From Candidatus Bipolaricaulota bacterium (GTDB lineage: Bacteria > Bipolaricaulota > Bipolaricaulia > UBA7950 > UBA9294), in the NCBI GenBank assembly GCA_015485945.1, contig WFSM01000027.1:1-37730 (forward strand): DNA of 37,730 nucleotides, in the 5' to 3' direction. This document shows, one piece after another, positions 34,331 through 37,730 of the stretch. The notes under the pieces were generated by a model that was not told the origin of the DNA, did no database searches, and saw only the letters and a list, made by a program, of their open reading frames with translations. Within the stretch, counting starts at the first letter, position 1. Each line of letters opens with the position of its first letter. The position numbers and the translations under genes were made by a program.

Positions 34331-35950
34331 ATGAGAACGCTTTCTTCCGTCCTTTCCGAAACTGCGGCCAACTACCCCAATCGTAACGCGATCCGCTACC
34401 ACGGCGAGACGATCACCTACCGTGAACTGGACGACCAGGTCAACCGGCTCGCGCGCGGGCTGATTGAGCTTGGCGTGGAAAAGGGGGACAAGGTCGGCCT
34501 GTGGATGCCAAACATTCCGGAATGGATCGTGGCGTACTTTGCGATCGCCCGCAGCGGCGCGGTCGTCGTCCCGATGAATACCCGCTACAAGCCCCACGAG
34601 GTGAGTTATATCTTGGATAACTCCGAAGCGACTGCTCTGATCGCGGTCGATGCGTTCGTTGGTATCGACTACTTAGAGATGATCACTCAGATCCGCGGTG
34701 ACCTCCCCGGCCTGAAAAATGTGATTATCCATGGAAAGATCGCTGACGGGATGCGCGTATTCTCCGACGTCTCGGCCCTCGGGCAGAGTCTCCTCGGGGA
34801 CGGAAAACTGGCGGCGCGGGAGAAAAGCTGTGATCCGCTCGAGAACGTGTTTATCCTCTACACCTCGGGAACGACCGGAAACCCCAAGGGTGCGATGCTC
34901 TCCCACCACAACATCGCGGAGAACGCAAAGCAAGTGACCGAGGTCCTGCACACGACCGAGAAAGATGTCTTCCTCCTCGCCGTCCCGTTTTTCCACTGCT
35001 TCGGCTGCGTGATGGGGATCACCGGCGCTGTCACGTGGGGAGCGAGCATCGTGCCGATGCCGGTATTCAAGGCGAAAGAGGCGCTTGAACTTGTCGAACA
35101 AGAGAAAATTACGGTTCTTTACGGGGTTCCGACGATGTTCGTCCTTGAGCTTGAGGAGTACCGCAAGGGGAAAGAAGACGGAACCAAGTACGATGTTTCA
35201 TCCCTTCGCACCGGGATCATGGCCGGGGCGCCGTGCCCGGTCGAGGTGATGCGGGGAACAATGGAAGAGCTTGGGTGCAACGTCTCGATCGCCTATGGTC
35301 TCACCGAGGCCTCGCCTGTCATCACGATGACCCGGTTTGATGACTCGATCGAGAAGCGGGTGGAAACGGTCGGGCGTGTCCTCCCGGGAATTGAGGTCAA
35401 GATCGCCGACAACGATCATAACCCGCTTCCTCGCGGCGAAATGGGCGAGCTCGCCTGTCGCGGCTACAACGTGATGATGGGCTACTACAAAATGCCCGAC
35501 AAAACCGCCGAGGCGATCGATGCCGACGGGTGGCTGTACTCCGGCGATCTGGCCACCATCGATGCGGATGGATACGTGCGGATTGTCGGACGGAAGAAGG
35601 ACATGCTGATCACCGGCGGATTCAACGTCTACCCGGCCGAAATCGAAGAGTACCTGTTCACCCATCCCAAGGTGCAAAACGTCTCCGTTGTCGGGGTGCC
35701 GGACGACGTCATGGGCGAGGTAGCGATCGCCTACATCATCCCACGGGAAGGGGAGACAATCGACCCGCAGGAGATTGTCGATTACTGCACCGGTAAGATC
35801 GCCAACTTCAAGGTCCCAAGGTATGTTGAGATCGTGGACGAGTTCCCGATGACCCAATCGGGAAAGATCCAGAAATTCCGCCTGCGCGAGATTGCCAAGG
35901 GAGCGCTTGAAGCCGGGAAGCTGACCAAGCTCAAGCCGAGCAAGAAGTGA
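34331..35950 (+). CDS. Medium/long-chain acyl-CoA synthetase (FadD-like, COG0318 type)
   Basis: ILYTSGTTGNPKGAMLSHHN, YGLTEASP, WLYSGDL, GRKKDMLITGGFNVYPAEIE and SGKIQKFRLRE. GAGGTG lies 6 nt upstream. Confidence 0.85.
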   Translation: MRTLSSVLSETAANYPNRNAIRYHGETITYRELDDQVNRLARGLIELGVEKGDKVGLWMPNIPEWIVAYFAIARSGAVVVPMNTRYKPHEVSYILDNSEATALIAVDAFVGIDYLEMITQIRGDLPGLKNVIIHGKIADGMRVFSDVSALGQSLLGDGKLAAREKSCDPLENVFILYTSGTTGNPKGAMLSHHNIAENAKQVTEVLHTTEKDVFLLAVPFFHCFGCVMGITGAVTWGASIVPMPVFKAKEALELVEQEKITVLYGVPTMFVLELEEYRKGKEDGTKYDVSSLRTGIMAGAPCPVEVMRGTMEELGCNVSIAYGLTEASPVITMTRFDDSIEKRVETVGRVLPGIEVKIADNDHNPLPRGEMGELACRGYNVMMGYYKMPDKTAEAIDADGWLYSGDLATIDADGYVRIVGRKKDMLITGGFNVYPAEIEEYLFTHPKVQNVSVVGVPDDVMGEVAIAYIIPREGETIDPQEIVDYCTGKIANFKVPRYVEIVDEFPMTQSGKIQKFRLREIAKGALEAGKLTKLKPSKK

Positions 35951-36053
35951 TGTATCGATTTCCAAAAGCCACGCTTTAGGGGGATCTTGGAGCATTTCTA
36001 CCATGTGAGATAAAAGTTGGGTTTCAAGACCCGACCGCAGCACGCAGGTTCTG

Positions 36054-36062
36054 TGCTATAAT
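36054..36062 (+). promoter_or_regulatory. Extended -10 promoter element (TGcTATAAT) upstream of the SDR gene
   Basis: TG at 36054-36055 and TATAAT at 36057-36062, 27 nt before ATG 36090. I found no good -35 box. Confidence 0.35.
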
Positions 36063-36089
36063 GTTTGATGCATGCAGGAGGGCAAAGCC

Positions 36090-36950
36090 ATGATAGATTC
36101 TGGGTTAAACGGTAAAGTAGTTCTTATCACAGGGGCAAACAACCCCTACGGCATCGGCGCGGCTTCGGCCAGAGCGTTTGCCGCTCAGGGAGCGCGCGTA
36201 TTCATCCACTTCTTTCGTTCCGCAAACGTCCTCGACAAGAAACAGGAGCACACTCCTGGAGAAGCATTCTTCCAAGCACAACAGAGCAAAACAGCGGATG
36301 AAGTGCTTCAGGCGATTCACCAGAGTGGCGGGAAAGCAGCAGCCTGGGAAGCCGACTTGGCTGACCTCACGAATATCCCCGAATTGTTCAATCAGGTAGA
36401 AGTGGCCTTCGGGCCTGTGGACGTCCTGGTCAACAATGCCGCGGCCGGGGAAAGGGACACCTTCTTGCCATCGGGAGCAGAGGCAGTAATGAACCGTACG
36501 GTCTCAACGGTTTCCGCTGCGAGCCACGACCACAACTTTGCCGTGAACAGCCGGGCAGTGGCATTGATGATGGCCGAATACATGCGGCGGTTTGTGGAAC
36601 GCAATGCGGAATGGGGGCGAATTGTCAATGTAAGTACGGATGGGGCATCTGCATTTCCGGGCGAACTGTCGTACGGCGCGAGCAAACACGCGATGGAGAG
36701 TTACAGTCGAGCAGCGGCCATTGAATTGGGGCCGTATGGGGTAACGGTGAACGTGGTTTCCCTCGGACCCGTGCAAACAGGATACATCCCGCTAGAGATG
36801 GAAGAAAAGTTGAGGAAGGAAATTCCCCTTGGGCGAGTTGGAAAGCCAGAGGAAGTGGCAGACGCTATAATGTTTCTAGCTTCAGAGCAGGCAGGGTGGA
36901 TTACCGGTCAATTGCTGTATGTTGGTGGCGGTCATGTAATGCCTTTATAG
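36090..36950 (+). CDS. Short-chain dehydrogenase/reductase (SDR) family oxidoreductase
   Basis: KVVLITGANNPYGIGAASARAFAAQGARV is the cofactor-binding region and YGASKHAMESY is the YxxxK catalytic motif. ATG 36090 lies 8 nt after AGGAGG. G+C is visibly lower than in the rest of the window. Confidence 0.85.
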   Translation: MIDSGLNGKVVLITGANNPYGIGAASARAFAAQGARVFIHFFRSANVLDKKQEHTPGEAFFQAQQSKTADEVLQAIHQSGGKAAAWEADLADLTNIPELFNQVEVAFGPVDVLVNNAAAGERDTFLPSGAEAVMNRTVSTVSAASHDHNFAVNSRAVALMMAEYMRRFVERNAEWGRIVNVSTDGASAFPGELSYGASKHAMESYSRAAAIELGPYGVTVNVVSLGPVQTGYIPLEMEEKLRKEIPLGRVGKPEEVADAIMFLASEQAGWITGQLLYVGGGHVMPL

Positions 36951-37030
36951 AGCGGAGTGCAGGCTGACTGAGCGCCCGGCGAACGCACCACGGGCTCGCC
37001 TTCGTCAGGCCACACCTGTTGATATCTCAC

Positions 37031-37057
37031 CACGAAGAGCACGAAGGACACGAAGTG
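37031..37057. repeat. Three tandem 9-mers CACGAAG(AG/GA/TG)
   Basis: cacgaagag cacgaagga cacgaagtg, read directly from the sequence. It is intergenic. Confidence 0.7.
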
Positions 37058-37157
37058 ATCGTGCGGGGTTAAGCCTTGTATTCTGACACTCGATTCTAAT
37101 ATTATAAGCTATGTTGGTGTTGGGACGGCGGTGCCCCTGGTTCAGATCTCTCCAAGC

Positions 37158-37490
37158 TCAAGCCAAGGAAACGGTGAGCAGCAACGAGCTGGCGGAGTGA
37201 ACGCGCACCTTGGGCGATATGCTCCCTTGGACACCTGGGTTAAGGGTGATGATATGCAAGGATGCATATGGATATCTGGCTGCCGCCTCAATCAGGGAAC
37301 GTGTTTCGCGCTCGCGGACGTCGGGATTATCCAAGCTTGCGCTAACTTGAATCAGCTCTGCGTGTCCATCTGGGTATCGTGCAAGAAAGTCAACTTCATA
37401 CCCATCGCGCGGTGACTTCACGTATGACACTTCTGCGCTACGTCTCTCTAGCTCAAGATAAACGGCTGTCTCCAACGCGTGCCCTACATT
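37158..37490 (-). pseudogene. C-terminal remnant of a DUF4143-containing AAA+ ATPase gene (COG1373-like), 5'-truncated
   Basis: Track ORF 37158..37523. NVGHALETAVYLELERR...GYEVDFLARYPDGHAELIQVSASL matches the C-terminal DUF4143/restriction-endonuclease-like end of roughly 400-aa ATPases. The whole P-loop N-terminal part is missing, and its place is occupied by a plus-strand transposase fragment. Confidence 0.6.
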
Positions 37491-37730
37491 ACTGATCTTG
37501 GAGGGGATTGAGAAAGCGCTCAAACAAGGGACGAAAGCATTGGTCGGTAACCGTGGGTACCGCCGCTATCTCATCGCCGCCAAGGATGCGGTGAGGATTG
37601 ACTACAAGAAAGCAGAACAGGAAGCGCACTACCTGTCTGCCGTACCAGACACGGCACAGGCAGGCGACGGCAAGTGGGTGTTACGGACAAACACTGACCT
37701 ACCCGCTGCTGAAGTAGCGCAACAGTACAA
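37491..37730 (+). mobile_element. IS1634/IS4-family DDE transposase gene fragment (internal/C-terminal part, 5'-truncated, runs off the window)
   Basis: My translation of the frame starting at 37501 reads EGIEKALKQGTKALVGNRGYRRYLIAAKDAVRIDYKKAEQEAHY...DGKWVLRTNTDLPAAEVAQQYK. The GYRRYL and DGKWVLRTNT..L.A.EVA..YK blocks are typical of this transposase family (from memory). There is an in-frame stop at 37459-37461 and no N-terminal two-thirds upstream. Confidence 0.6.

Noticed and set aside
1-37730. Whole-window scan for CRISPR arrays, rRNA, tRNA and long direct or inverted repeats typical of intact mobile elements.
   Set aside because: I could see no regularly spaced 25-40-nt repeats, no rRNA-like stretches and no cloverleaf candidates. 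The only mobile-element signal is the truncated transposase fragment at the right edge.

Overview
This is a 37.7-kb, GC-rich (about 60% by eye, not computed) bacterial chromosomal segment with very dense coding. I support 42 protein genes and 2 gene fragments, many joined by ATGA/GTGA/TAATG start-stop overlaps, which implies operons. I found no rRNA, tRNA or CRISPR array.

Most genes are housekeeping: gltX, rsmD, surE, comEA-like, xseA/xseB, acyP, rarA, rpiB, rho, murA, hflX, ricT(yaaT), holB and mobB. Metabolic genes include an amidohydrolase, a nucleoside hydrolase, three acyl-CoA synthetases, a tungsten-type aldehyde:ferredoxin oxidoreductase and an SDR. Envelope genes include GT4, GT2, a Wzz-like protein, a LysM-M23 peptidase and a CaCA exchanger.

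Items worth a second look:
1. A clear c-di-GMP-I (GEMM-I) riboswitch aptamer (14760-14847, minus strand) sits in front of an uncharacterised secreted beta-rich protein. A full-strength Shine-Dalgarno sequence lies upstream of the aptamer rather than next to the AUG.
2. A five-gene plus-strand operon (3297-8230) links gltX to three extracytoplasmic thiol-redox proteins: a TlpA-like redoxin, a DsbD-alpha-like/2-TM/thioredoxin fusion, and a NapH-type membrane polyferredoxin. No CcdA/DsbD-beta channel is present in the window. This is my best candidate for an undescribed system, an Fe-S-driven reductant export route.
3. A tightly coupled HAD / COG2509 FAD-oxidoreductase / membrane-anchored C39-like cysteine peptidase operon, and a secreted FlgD-Ig-chagasin (I42) inhibitor fusion nearby.
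4. An AOR-mobB module lies divergent from an acyl-CoA synthetase and a lower-GC SDR gene. Beyond them the right end holds a truncated DUF4143 ATPase gene abutting a 5'-truncated IS1634/IS4-type transposase fragment.

All calls come from reading the sequence and from remembered family motifs. No database search was run.
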